Position numbers and translations under genes: made by a program. Of a DNA stretch of 64,000 nucleotides, positions 13,553 to 27,212 are shown piece by piece; the stretch's first letter is position 1, and the number at the start of each line of letters is the position of its first letter. The notes beneath the pieces are model-generated. The model was not told where the DNA came from. It searched no databases and saw only the letters and a program-made list of their open reading frames with translations. The stretch comes from Eledone cirrhosa (taxonomy: Eukaryota): positions 155,868,001 through 155,932,000 of the forward strand of contig OZ024741.1 in assembly GCA_964016885.1 (NCBI GenBank), written 5' to 3'.

Positions 13553-14211
13553 AATTATAGTTTCCATTTATTAATATATTGTATATATACATATATATAT
13601 TTAATATAGAAAAGCTTCTACAGGAAGTTTTTAATTCGGGAGAAATCATCAAGTAGCTGACTGCGCAAGCACTATGATGGTATTTATATCTTTTCTGGTG
13701 GTAGGAGAGGGTGGTGATTGGGATGGGTGGAGGTCATTGGTTGATGGGTTTAAAGAAAAGGGAATTCTTTAAAAACTATATTTAGAATAACAAAGGCAGA
13801 AATAATTATATAGACAGGTGTCTATAAGCACATTCACTCACACACACATATATAAAGCCCTTACTCCCACACACTCGCTAAAACATTTCAAGGGTCCGTC
13901 GAGCTGCAGATTACAGAGTCGGGTAAGATCGATACAGATCGAACCTTGAGCTGATCAGTGGCGAAACGCGCGTCAGCAACCAATAAATTCAATGAAGGAG
14001 TAACCAATCGTCCTTGTTATCTTTTCACTATATATATATATTAATTCAAAATATTAACCAAGATAGACATTCGTGTGATCAAGTATATTTTATTATACAT
14101 ATTTCAGAGGTACTGAGCTATCTTCAACAGTACGTCCTCATCATATAAAATAAGATCATGCATGACATACCTTGACTAAGTAGATGGTTAAAAGTCAGTC
14201 ATGGCAGACTG

Positions 14212-14242
<31 letters not shown>

Positions 14243-14296
14243 TGAAACAAAATGAAAACGAAATTTCATTTCTCACTCTTAGTATGGCACTTACTT

Positions 14297-14710
14297 AAAT
14301 GTAAGTATGCGTGTATACGTACATACATATATGTATACAGACGTACAGTAGCATGCACATATATATATATATATACATATATACATACATATGCATACAG
14401 GTACACATACATATATGCACGTATCAGTTTAGCGGCGCTTATTATAACGTCGCTTTGTTCGTTTGTAAACAAACTGAACAGCCTGAATTTATGTCATACG
14501 GTGTTAACACCGTATGGCATAAATTCAGGCTGTTCAGTTTGTTTACAAACGAACAAAGCGACGTTATAATAAGCGCCGCTAAACTGATACGTGCATATAT
14601 GTATGTGTACCTGTATGCATATGTATGTATATATGTATATATATATATATATGTGCATGCTACTGTACGTCTGTATACATATATGTATGTACGTATACAT
14701 GCATACTTAC

Positions 14711-14714
<4 letters not shown>
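14297..14714. repeat. Near-perfect spacerless palindrome (~418 bp)
   Basis: Centre CGGTGTTAACACCG at 14499-14512; the arms are reverse complements, with mirrored ORFs in the track. Confidence 0.95.
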
Positions 14715-14750
<36 letters not shown>

Positions 14751-14758
<8 letters not shown>

Positions 14759-15085
14759 AGATCAAAAGATGGTTAAAGGAGTTCCATGTATTTTATTATG
14801 CGTATTTCAAAAAAAAACATCATCATGCAATAATATTTGTGTTTTCATCAGATAAAACAGGAGAACATGATATGAAGGCTAAAAAAAAACACTTGTGGAT
14901 AGTGCAGTTTAAAATGTTGATTTAAAACTGCACTATCCACAAGTGTTTTTTTTTTAGCCTTCATATCATGTTCTCCTGTTTTATCTGATGAAAACACAAA
15001 TATTATTGCATGATGATGTTTGTTTTTGAAATGCGCATAATAAAATACATGGAACTCCTTTAACCATCTTTTGATCTTATATTAT
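14751..15085. repeat. Fold-back element with a hammerhead in each arm
   Basis: Arms ATAATATAAGATCAAAAG... / ...CTTTTGATCTTATATTAT around a short spacer at ~14911-14923; HHRs at 14791-14857 (-) and 14979-15045 (+). Confidence 0.9.
14979..15045 (+). ncRNA. Type I minimal hammerhead ribozyme motif
   Basis: TTTTAT CTGATGA AAACACAAA...TTTGTTTTT GAAA TGCGCA TA ATAAAA; palindromic stem III ATGCGCAT. Confidence 0.8.
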
Positions 15086-15168
15086 GTATACTCCAGTCCT
15101 ACAAACTGTAGAGTGCTTCTTATCCGATATCTGCATTGCTTTATTGTACTACAATAAAACTCACCTCC

Positions 15169-15313
<145 letters not shown>

Positions 15314-15447
15314 ATATATATATATTTTGAAAATGTGTGAGATCCTTGGTACAGTTAGGTATATTTGAAAAAAAGGAAAATAATGACTTCACTTGTAGTG
15401 TTATACAATTTATGATTTAATGTTATAATATTATTATATTACGAGTA

Positions 15448-15640
15448 TGGCGGTGGATTGGCAGTATCGGTAGAGGGTCGGACGCCATGCTTTGCAGCAA
15501 AGCGTTACCTCCCTTTCCACTCTCAGTTCAAATCCCGCTGAGGTCAACTTTGCCTTTCATCCTTACGGGGTCGATAAAATAAAGTACCAGTAATGCACTG
15601 GTTAATTGCTGGCCTTGTGCCAAAAGTAAAAACAATTATT
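15448..15640 (+). mobile_element. SINE family A, full length
   Basis: GGCGGTGGATTGGCAGTATCGGTAG...GTTCAAATCCCG...GGGGTCGATAAAATAAAGTACCAG...AACAATTATT. Confidence 0.88.
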
Positions 15641-15740
15641 ATATTATGAGTTGGTAGATCCAGACTGGATCTTCACCTTATATTATAACATTAAATAAAT
15701 TGTTTAACACTAGAAGTGAAGTCATTCTTTTCCTTCTTTT

Positions 15741-15772
<32 letters not shown>

Positions 15773-16254
15773 CGTGTATGCGTGTGTGCGCATACGTTTG
15801 ATGTCAATATCTTACCTAGTACAAATGATCATTAATTCATTGACTTCGATTTTGGTGTAAATGTATCACAGCTGGTTCATTTCGTCCAGTGTAGTATTCT
15901 GTTGTGGCTTAAATCTTTCTCATAGCAAGTAATTAAAGCAATGATGTGACAGCATATTATCTGATTGTCGTGTGACATCCACTTGAATACTTTCCAATCC
16001 ACCAATAAATATACTATAAATTACCTGAACATCAATGTAAAACAAACTACTTAACACAATGGCCTGCCATCCGCTAAAAGCATGATATGGAGATTGGTAA
16101 TATTGTTCAAGATGGAGAAGAAACGCATTAACACCGAATAAATGCTTCCGGGGCATTGCGGGAATTATCATGATATATATAATGGCTGGTGAGTGCGCAG
16201 AAAATACTGGGTTCCCACCACTCTCTGTATGTGTGTTGTGTGTGTGTGCATTTA

Positions 16255-16367
<113 letters not shown>

Positions 16368-17549
16368 GTGTGTATGTGTATGTGTGTATGTGTATGTGTG
16401 TATTTGTGAGTAACCTTTTAATATCATATCTTGTGTTATTTATTTTGTGATTTATAACTATTTTATACTTAATTTCATGTTTAATTTAATCAGTTTATCT
16501 ATCACACATCGTCTTTGTCCCTACCCTCGTTTTAAATAACTATCTTTCCAGTATCACATGTGTATTTACTGTATTCTATGTGCAACCCCTTGTGACTAAA
16601 TTGGAAGACTATATAGTAGACTATAAAGCTATTTCAACATTGTTATATTAGATAGATTGTCGTATATTAAATGAGAATTTGTAGAAGAGGTTATAATCTA
16701 AGCTTTGATAATTCCATGTTTCATGATAATATCATGTTTCATGTCCTCAATTACATTTCAGCAATTTCCATCCATATGCAAAGAGTTGAATATTAGACAG
16801 GAACATTTAGTATCTGAATTTATTATTGTATTAGTTCTCACTAAGAAATGTTTAAGCTCTAAGAAATCCTACGATGACAACGTGACACAGCATATGGTTT
16901 CGCGTTTGAGGTATTTACATTCGTATATCTGAGAGCCAATTCCACTCAAATTAACGAAACATAACTTTTATCAAACGAGCCAAATTGTTGCAGACAAGTG
17001 TTTTACATATATGTGTCAATGTTCCTTAACGTTGCACTTCGACAAAAAGATATCGATAAAATAATTACCATGCTTGAAGGAAATAAGTATTGAGGATGGT
17101 AGGATCAACTACAAAAACCTTTTAAGGTGCCCCAGTGTTGACTCACTCTAATGACAGAAAAGAGTAAATGAATGAAAGAATAAATACATATATATATCGA
17201 GTAATGTACGTTTACTAATCTTAAAATCGTATACACCAGGGTTGGGTGGTGAGAGAATTTACTCATAAATGTATGGGTTCAGTCATGACGCACGACACCT
17301 TTGACATGTTATTTCTTCTATAGCCTCTGGTTGACCACGCCTTGTGGGAAGGATTTGACATACGCTTGCACACTGCAGTAACCTTTTAATTATGTATGGA
17401 TATCTATATTTGGGGTGGGGTGTATACTTATGTTTCGTAATATAGATGTTCAAAAACATCGATGAAATATACACCGGGATCGATATAATCAATGAAATCA
17501 CTTTAAGTCTATGCTCCAGAATGACTGATGTCTAAACAACAGATTAAAA

Positions 17550-17613
<64 letters not shown>

Positions 17614-17714
17614 AAAGAAAAGATTAGTATGGTTCGTTGATTACTCAACGAATACAATTTTACAATAGATCAGAATCACTCAAAAGTTGCGTTTTCCTGG
17701 AGATTTTTATATTA

Positions 17715-17926
17715 TTCAAAATGTTAACAAATGAAAAGTATTATCATAATCAAAATATATACTTTATTATATATATTTCAAAGGTACTGTGTTGCTTTTT
17801 CAGTACGTACTCATCTATTTTGTCTGATGAGGACGTACTGAAAAAACAACACAGTACCTTTGAAATATATATAATAAAGTATATATTTTGATTATGAGAA
17901 TATTTTTCATTTGTTAACATTTTGAA
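17715..17926. repeat. Fold-back element; hammerhead at 17818-17879 (+) and its decayed mirror on the minus strand
   Basis: TTCAAAATGTTAAC... / ...GTTAACATTTTGAA; TTTTGT CTGATGA GGACGTACTG...CAGTACCTTT GAAA TATATA TA ATAAAG; related single copy at ~14088-14150 (-). Confidence 0.88.
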
Positions 17927-19200
17927 GAAGAAAAAAAAAATATATATATATATAACTGACAGTAAAGGCAAAATAAAAATACAAGCGACCTGTTGGAATA
18001 TTCAACAATAACATTTTACGTTAATACAATTATTCCGTAGTGTCAAGTAAAATTCCTTATTGTAGTTCTTAACACACATTTATCTCTAGCACTCTATGAT
18101 CGATCACACATTTATCTAGCTCTCTATGATCGATCCGTCCCGCATTCTGAGACGTGTGGCGTTCCTGTGAGACTTATAAAAACCTATTGTGTGAACCTCT
18201 CTAAATAGATGAATTATTTGATATAACTTTAAATGTCATATGTATATTTGAGTTAAGATGAGAATTTTCATCGAAGGAAAGCTATGAATCATCAATGAAT
18301 CTACAATTTATATGAAGACGCACAAAAGTGTGTGCTTGTGTGCCTGTGTGTTTGTGTGTGTGTTATTGGTATCACTGTTTAATGGCTGCTGTGAGAGAGA
18401 TGTTTAAAGACAGGAGGCATTGTGGAGGAAGAAATGAAAATAAAGACATTAATTCAAATCAAGAGTAAGTCTCCCTATGAGATTAGATTAAATCGATAAA
18501 TATATTAATCCATAGGAAACGTTTAAATCTCAAGCTTGTCAAATGTGGGGAGGAAATGTTCTATTGACCACGAGGTAAAACTTATGAAAAACAATTTGGT
18601 ATATTATCATGGCTATAAAAATTTCATTGTGAACGTTTGTGGTATTGTGGTTAGGGTGTTGGAATCACGATAATAAAGTTCTGGGCTCGATTTCTGAAGT
18701 GAGTGGGATGTTGAGCAAGATGCTTCGTTTTACTTTGTGTTTCATAATCGGTGTGAGGATCAAATTATTAAATTGATCATATGCGATGCAAATATCTAGG
18801 AGAGAAGCAGATGTGTGACATGTAAATTTTATTTCTTCCTTTGCGATTATATTACATCAATAAATATATTATTCAAGAGTAAAGTTGTAAATTTCGAGCT
18901 TGTCAAGTTTGTGAGCGTAAATTAGATTTTGATCACAAGGTAAAAGATATGAAAATATTTCACTTAGAAAGTTATAATTATAAAAAGGTGAAGAAGTCGA
19001 TTTATATTTGTCGTTATAATAGTGTTACTAAAAATGATTTCTGTATGTCAGGCGATTGATTTAGGATGTGAGTGATTTTATTACTGATGAAATCTTCTTA
19101 GATGGCAGCTAAATATATATATTTATATAACAGACTGAGTGAGTTGGGTGGAAAACACAATGAAACATAAGTATCAGTATATGTCAGTGTTGTAACTAAT

Positions 19201-19285
<85 letters not shown>

Positions 19286-19559
19286 ATTTGTGTGTGTGTT
19301 AGTGTGTGTGTGTTTGTGTGTGTGTGTGCGTTTGTGTATGTTTGTATTTAATGAAATTAGAAGTGCGGATTCAAAATATTCTTTAATGTAAAAATCACGT
19401 TGAGTGGTCTTAGTGTATCATGGTCTGCTAATCTGTAGAATGACTAATTCTACCCATTATTAAAACATCCGAGACAAATGTATTTTGACATATGAGGGTT
19501 CAATTCTCTTCTCAATTCATTTTTATGTCTATAATTTAAAAGGCAATTTCGTGTAGCCT

Positions 19560-20030
19560 CTGATTTTCATATCATGCCGCATTTAGTGCAGATGACAGAA
19601 TTTTGAGCGGAGCAGGGTGAAATGTTTGATCAAATCTTGATGTTAGAACTTACATCACGAAGATGGACCAGACGAGAAATTTGAAAGTTCATCATAACAT
19701 CATGGCAGGCAGTTCTCTATTTTCTACGGTCAGCATCTTGGACTTCAAAAGAAGTAAAAGATTTAAGATTGTACATCAGTTTGTCTTTATATCTGAGTAA
19801 TGGTCTGCCTACATTATGCGGACCATTAAGAAGTTGACTGTACAAGAGAACAATTGGTGTGCGGTCCTTAGATATCCGTAGGACATGATTAGCCCATCCA
19901 TGTTGGAATTGCATCAGAAATGACTCAGTGCAACACATTGTTCCTAGTTAACACATTGGCATTGCAGTCTCTGTCAGAAAATGCATAACCATAGAAGGAG
20001 CGAAGAGAATGTTTGAGGGAGACACCAAGC
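19560..20030 (-). mobile_element. RTE/BovB-like LINE 3' fragment
   Basis: WANHVLRISKDRTPIVLLYSQL...GRPLLRYKD matches the RTE C-terminal W.GHV.R...R.P...LY..L..G.R..GRP..R+KD pattern. Confidence 0.75.
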
Positions 20031-20032
20031 TG

Positions 20033-20064
<32 letters not shown>

Positions 20065-20132
20065 GCGCATGCATACATACATACACACACACGCACCCAC
20101 CATATCTATCTATATATATATATATATATGTA

Positions 20133-20215
<83 letters not shown>

Positions 20216-20632
20216 TAAAGACTCCCTTCACGAATAACCATGGCATTTGCATCTAAAAAGTTCCTCTCGAGGCATAAGTTCGGGCAACTGAGTGAACTGA
20301 AGCAACGTGAAATAAAGCGTATTGCTCAAGATCACAAGAGTTTCACGATTGTTAGCGCGACGCTCTAACCGCTAAGCCTATAGTCGTTATATGTATATAT
20401 GTATAGGGAAAGATTGAAGAATAACATGGTCGGCTGTACAAAAAGGGTTTTATTTCAGGTATTAACAATTGTTTCATTTATCAGGTGAGTCTAAAGGCCG
20501 TTAATCTCTCGAAGTTGTGTCACTCGACCTTCAATACAGTGTTTACCTCTGATCAAATCATCGGAATACTAGAGTTTAAACATATGGCATTGGTTTATAT
20601 AGATATATATAACGATAACTTGTCATCCCATA

Positions 20633-20716
<84 letters not shown>

Positions 20717-20758
20717 AAAGAACACAAGAGCGTCTACAGCATCAAACATTTTTTATTG

Positions 20759-20803
20759 GCTTACAATGTTTCTTCCTTACGTAACCGTAGGATTCTTCAG
20801 AGC
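20759..20803 (-). ncRNA. Type I minimal hammerhead ribozyme motif
   Basis: Minus strand: GCT CTGAAGA ATCCTACGGTTACGTAAGGAA GAAA CATTG TA AGC, then AATAAA. Confidence 0.75.
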
Positions 20804-21869
20804 TATAAAAGGGGTTTGATTGGTGTTATGGACTCTACCAACAAAACATTCAAGAACAAAGAGTAAAGAGAGTAAAGAGCAAAAGCAGGGGACAATAAGT
20901 TTAATTTAAGTGCGGGAGGGTGGGGTGTGGGTCCTTGTTTACTAGCTGTGGTCATATTCATTCCCGGGAGTCGAGTGGTTAGTGGAGCCATAGATGGGGT
21001 GGCATTGATAGTAGGGTGCAGAGGGTGTGCAGAGGCTACCCACACACAAAGGGCATATAATATATATATAACGGAGGAGAAAGTACATGAGGTAATTAGA
21101 AATGGAATAATAATAATAATAATTTATAGTTAATAATGTATAATAAGGCATAGGGAAGATTACACTATAATAAGATACAAAAGTAAGAATAAAATAAAAT
21201 GTAAGGAGGATAAAATTGAAAATAAAAATAAAAATAAAAATAAAAATAAAAAAATATATAAAAAATATATAGAGAATATATAAAATAAATATAAGCAAGT
21301 ATCAGAAAGGAAAAAACACAATGTAAAAAAACAGATTTTGTTAAATAAAAATATTATAAATATGGGGGGAGACAACGGGAGAGAGAAATAGGACCATACT
21401 GTGATTAGTTGAGAGGATATAAGATGATAATAAGTGCGTCAAGTTGATACATCTTAATAATAAATAATATGTATACTAGAGTTACACATCTTTCAATGCA
21501 CTTGCAAGTCCAACCCATAGGGGATAGTCCATCGCTCGTCTGTGCGGTCGTGTGTGTTTGTGTTCGACCTCACAACAGATCCACATATATGTATATGCAT
21601 TTTTTCTTCTAACTTTAATTTTATACCTAATTGTGTATGGTTGACGATATATTTAATCGATTTCCACGTGCTATTGAAATGCTGGGTAAATATTCTATAG
21701 CTGTTGATCGCTAATAGATGGCTGTCGTTTATTTATCTATTATTTCTTCATAGGTGCCTATTAATCTTATAGCCTGGTTTAATTGTTTTTTTGTGTAGTT
21801 GATTATGCTAATTGGGAGCGGAAATAGAGTATATACCTTATCAAATGATTCTATGGACATAATCTATAG

Positions 21870-21900
<31 letters not shown>

Positions 21901-21953
21901 ATAAATATATCTATATATACATATATATACATTACATTACATATACATATACA

Positions 21954-22068
<115 letters not shown>

Positions 22069-22154
22069 AATTCGGGATCCCGACGGCTGAGCTCCGGCGG
22101 TTTCAACGGCTAGATCCAAAATGTGGTGAATAATGGTTCACCTGGTTTTTACTG

Positions 22155-22373
<219 letters not shown>

Positions 22374-22490
22374 CACACGAACGCTTAATTAGGAATATAA
22401 TCACTTATTTCCTAATGTTTGTTGAGTGAGTTGGAATTTGGCCGAAGTATCGCTAAAAAGCTTTCTCCGATATTGTATATATATATATTA

Positions 22491-22570
<80 letters not shown>

Positions 22571-22621
22571 TCTTTTACCCGTTTCAGCCATCCGGCTGAG
22601 GCCATGCTGGGGCACCGCCCT

Positions 22622-22699
<78 letters not shown>

Positions 22700-23178
22700 A
22701 AAACGAGGTTTTTTAAAAATAAACAGAACGAGACGACCTACACGGGTGAAAGTATAAGGAAAATAAATCGAAAATGCAACTGGAGTCGTTTTAAGATTAT
22801 TTATTTATTTCCCTTAACCGGTTTCACAGTACTTATGCTTTTCAAAAGTAAAATTGAGATGGAGAGTTTGTGGTTTTTCTCGCATCTGTTTGGTGTTCGA
22901 AAGTTCTCTCTGTTTTATGTGGAAAGAATGGTGGTTTTTAAAAAAAAATAAATTGGTTGGTCAATGACTGTCACGGAGAGATAGTTCTGGTTGAGTGAGT
23001 ATCGCTGATGTCGTGCTGAGGAGTCAAGATTCAGACTTTCTCTCGAAATAAATTGAATGTTTGTGTCGACAGTGGTTGCGGCGGCGATGGTGATGGCAGG
23101 GTAGAAAAGAGAAATATTTGTTCTATTTGTGTGCGTGTGTGTGTGTTTGTCTGTGTGTCTGTATGTGTATATGTGTGT

Positions 23179-23238
<60 letters not shown>

Positions 23239-23281
23239 CAAAGCTATTTATCATCATGATAATAGATATATAAATGATTCC

Positions 23282-23380
<99 letters not shown>

Positions 23381-23680
23381 TATATTTGATAATATACTGC
23401 ATGTTTATTAAAAAAGATTTTGAAGACCATTCGCTATGAGTTTTAAAGTAGTTTCTACGTCACGTACTTGGTCTCGGCAAAAGCAAACGGAAGCAATCGA
23501 AGGTCGTTTCTCGCTCGTTAACGGTTGTTTGTCAAGATTACATAGCTCTTAATTTCTGCCGAGATATATAGATGGTGGATTTTTATACAATTCCAATTAT
23601 GTTTAAGAGCTGATTAAACAGAGCGGTTGCCGGACCAGCAATAAACAGGAATTAGCATTGGTATAATATTGGTTAGTATT

Positions 23681-23717
<37 letters not shown>

Positions 23718-23723
<6 letters not shown>

Positions 23724-24065
23724 ATACCTTGGGATAGTCATGTTGCTAATAAGAAACACAGGCACCAGTTGCTTTCACTTCAATTTATTATAAAAAATTT
23801 ATAAATTTAGGAATTTATAAATTTCCGGTTGGTTGGTTGGTTCCACAACCAGATGATTGTTTATATATTTGCAAAGTTCTTTCGTCACACATTCTTTGAC
23901 CTCTTCAGTGACTGGGGATTCTTTTCTTTGTTTTTGTGCCTCTCCTTTGTTCTGTCCTACGTCATCTTGGCGTAAGACAGAACAAAGGAGAGGCACAAAG
24001 TATAACAATATCGGTTTCAACACACGTTTTCAGATAAAGAATCTTGCTAAACAAATTCAGAAACG

Positions 24066-24070
<5 letters not shown>
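23718..24070 (-). mobile_element. Non-coding PLE family B terminal repeat with internal inversion; decayed hammerhead at ~23869-23913
   Basis: Matches 43111-43365; flips strand at ~23965 and ends in the shared terminal segment ...AAATTCAGAAACGAAA(TA)n. Confidence 0.75.
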
Positions 24071-24109
<39 letters not shown>

Positions 24110-24114
<5 letters not shown>

Positions 24115-24275
24115 CGAAACATAAGTCAATTGCATGAACTCATATCATAATCCTTTATTTATGGGTATATATATTTCGATGATAGCCATTGAATGGCTAT
24201 GACCTCATCAGGCTGTTAGTCAGTTCTTAGATATGCCAGCTCTGTGTTTATGGCGTTGATGGTATCAGAGTCTTG
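24110..24275 (-). repeat. Second copy of the hammerhead-bearing repeat at 3497-3655
   Basis: Reverse complement of ...CTAAGAACTGACTAAC.GCCTGATGAGGTCATAGCCATTCAATGGCTATCATCGAAAT...; stem I is disrupted in this copy. Confidence 0.8.
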
Positions 24276-24340
<65 letters not shown>

Positions 24341-24343
<3 letters not shown>

Positions 24344-25199
24344 TCTCTATATATAAAAGCGAGGATGTGTGTGTGTCTGTGTATAACTTTGGATACCTAA
24401 CGCTTTTATAATTACTAGCCGATTTTGCCAAACTTTCTGTGCACTTTGCACAGGTCGCTAAGATGGTCACATCACAAACATGTTTCAAATCGACCCACGT
24501 TGAGCAATAAATAATCGATATCAAAATTATCGGTAGCAAAATTGATCTAAGGGAGATAACAAACTTTATTGACAATCCTTATAAAAAAGGGAGATAACCA
24601 GCTTTATTGACAGAAATATAAATCACTAATATTATCGTTTGTTTCTCGTTTTTTCTCTGTTGCACTTTGAAAGTTAAAAAAACACTTGTTGTTTTAACAT
24701 GTTTCACTATGTTAAGTGTTAATTTTCGCGTTAAATGCCTAATCTCGCAGCAGTCTCGAATTGACAAGATTTTGATGATGGTTTGTTTATTTTTAGAACA
24801 ATCGTTATGGGACATTCCATTCAAACCATTGGGACCAACAACTTTTACATTTTTAAAACTTTCATAAGTCATGTTAACACCCAGACTGGTCATGACGGAT
24901 ACCCACTATATCGCCGGAGAAGACCCGAAGATGGTGGATTCACAGCAAGGGTTGGGAAACACGAGGTTGAAAACAGATGGGTTGTTCCATATAATCCACT
25001 CCTTATAAAGATTTTTGATGCACACAACAACGTAGAATACTGTAATTCGATTAAATCTATAAATTACTTCGTTTGAATTAATTATTGAAGACTTCTGCTT
25101 ATTTTGACAGGTTCCGGACAAATAATGTTCTTCTTTTACTTCCTAGGTGTATATTCTTAGCATAATTTCAAACCCGGGCAACGCCGAGTAAATCTGGTA

Positions 25200-25200
<1 letters not shown>
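24341..25200 (+). mobile_element. Non-autonomous Helitron carrying a Rep/Hel fragment
   Basis: 5' TC...TATATAAAAG; internal GHDGYPLYRRR...NRWVVPYNPLL...FDAHNNVEYCNSIKSI; 3' hairpin CCCGGGCAACGCCGAG, then GTAG|T (decayed CTAG). Confidence 0.85.
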
Positions 25201-25262
<62 letters not shown>

Positions 25263-25266
<4 letters not shown>

Positions 25267-25890
25267 GTATATACACATGTGAATGTTACAATTTTTAGAT
25301 CACTTTCAAATTTTAAAGTTATGAGGTCTGCTATTACGTGGATACTACTTTTGAGGGACTTGAAATTCAAGCTAGAATCTAAAGTACCGTATCAGTATCA
25401 GAAGCCCAACTGATCTCTAAACAAATAAAATAAAAAACATGATGCATTAGAGTAATCTTGTCTATACATTTTAGTAATGCTGATGTAGCAGCCATCAATA
25501 GATGCGTATTGCTCGCTATTATATAATTGCTTCTACATTTGGCACAAGGCCAGCAATTACCCATTGCATTACTGGTACTTATTTTATCGACCCCGTAAGG
25601 ATGAAAGGTAAAGTTAACCTCGACAGGATTATTATATAATGTTTTACTATAAGCGTTGAACACTCCGCTATAAGCACCAAACATTCAAGTCAGGTCACAC
25701 TAAGGTTGGCAAATGTTTGTGTAAATATTTAGTTTCAGACATATTTGCAATAATCTAAATTTACCTTAAATTCATAACGATTTTGTAACAGTGTTATTTC
25801 TAGGTACAAGATGATATCTTAATCCACAAATATTGGCCTGTTACCCATGAAATACTAGGGTCGACTATTACATGAATATACACGGTGTAT
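25263..25890. mobile_element. Possible pogo/Tigger-like MITE, interrupted by a SINE
   Basis: Left end TACCGTATATACACATGT and right end ACATGAATATACACGGTG form imperfect TIRs of the TACCGTATATAC type. Confidence 0.4.
25525..25631 (-). mobile_element. SINE family A, 5'-truncated
   Basis: Shared core TTTATCGACCCCGTAAGGATGAAAGG. Confidence 0.8.
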
Positions 25891-26330
25891 ATTCGAGATG
25901 GGAAGAGAGTGTTGGACGTCCGCGGTGTGGAGGCTGAACACATTCCAGCTCACGTAAGCCGTCTCGCGTTCCTCAATTACAGTAGGTCCGTTTGTGTTGT
26001 GGAAAACCATGTTGATGAGCACATGACAAGCGATCACAGACAAAGGAAATGCCGGCAAAGCCAATGAGATTGAGTCCATTTTATGTTAGGTGTAAGTTAC
26101 TCTGTTGCCGCCGCGTGTCATCAAACTGGACGATCCAAATCCATTCAACGCTGCGCCGAATAAGGGATTCGGAATCCGTAAGGAGAGATTCGTGGCAATT
26201 ATATGGGGCACTGCTGAAGGTATATAGAAGCATCGGTATGGCGAAGCAATTTCTAAACAAGAAAAATAACTGGATGTGTGTCGATCAGGTTCATGTGTGT
26301 GGATCGTATTTGGAGGATTTAATAAAATTG
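25890..26330 (-). mobile_element. CRE-clade non-LTR retrotransposon fragment
   Basis: Translates to ...IWIVQFDDTRRQQSNL...SLALPAFPLSVIACHVLINMVFHN, homologous to the ORF at 30726-31118. Confidence 0.65.
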
Positions 26331-26897
26331 TTCAACATTTAATTATTAATATAGTAGCTGTAACATAACTTAACAAAGAAATTTGTTGGAAGAGTTTCAA
26401 TAAATATGAAGCCTTTAAATTGTATAGATTTGTTTCATAGAAGCAAAGATACCGGCTTGGTATTAAAGATGTTAAAGAAAACATTTTTTATGATTTCAGC
26501 TAAGGAGAGAGAAACAATGTAAACAATATGAAATCTATTTGGAATGTGCCTAAACTAACGATAAATATATTTATAGAAAGTATGAAGTTAAGAAAGTTAT
26601 GTCACTCTCATCTTAATGTTTTTGGTGATGATTGGGATTTCTCTGGCGTTAACTTAATTTCATGTCATATAAGTTTTATAAAACGTAAAAGAAAACATAG
26701 CTTGCCAAGACTTGGCAAGCTATTTAGAACGCTGGTTTAACAACTTTACTTCCCTCCGAAGAAGAGATATTATCTCGAAAATTAAGGATATTTAAATAAA
26801 TTTAAGGTAAAAGACTAATTGTCAACAATATCTTTTGCATTTGCATTTATATTATGCATTGTTTTGGCTTTACAAATACAAAGGTTTATATATCACA

Positions 26898-27212
26898 GAG
26901 GTATCCACTGTAAGTTGTGGGGTCTATTCTGTATGAAGAACTCAATGTAATACATATGTTGAAAATGTTGTAGGTTAAGATAAATCTCAGAAAACAATAA
27001 CACATTAAAAGGAAAACAGAGTCATGATATAAGTTAAAACAATGAAATAAAAAATCAAGTCATTAGAGATACACTTCACTGCTTTACGATCGTTTCTAGA
27101 TGGTGATAATACATTGTATCTATACTCAGTTATTGATTTATGTAAGTTTACAAACTATCAGATAGAGAGAATATTTACTTACATGCATATCACCAGCTGT
27201 TTTCAAAAGCAA
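26898..27212 (-). repeat. Dispersed repeat (second copy 55918-56235 +) with a decayed hammerhead-like fold
   Basis: Long reverse-complement match; TGCTT TTGAAAA CAGCTGGTGATA...TATCACCATCTA GAAA CGATCG TA AAGCA. Confidence 0.65.

Noticed and set aside
15920-16171. Possible host exon on the minus strand ending in CAG|GTAATT
   Set aside because: No recognisable protein similarity and no partner exons seen; cannot be supported without RNA data.
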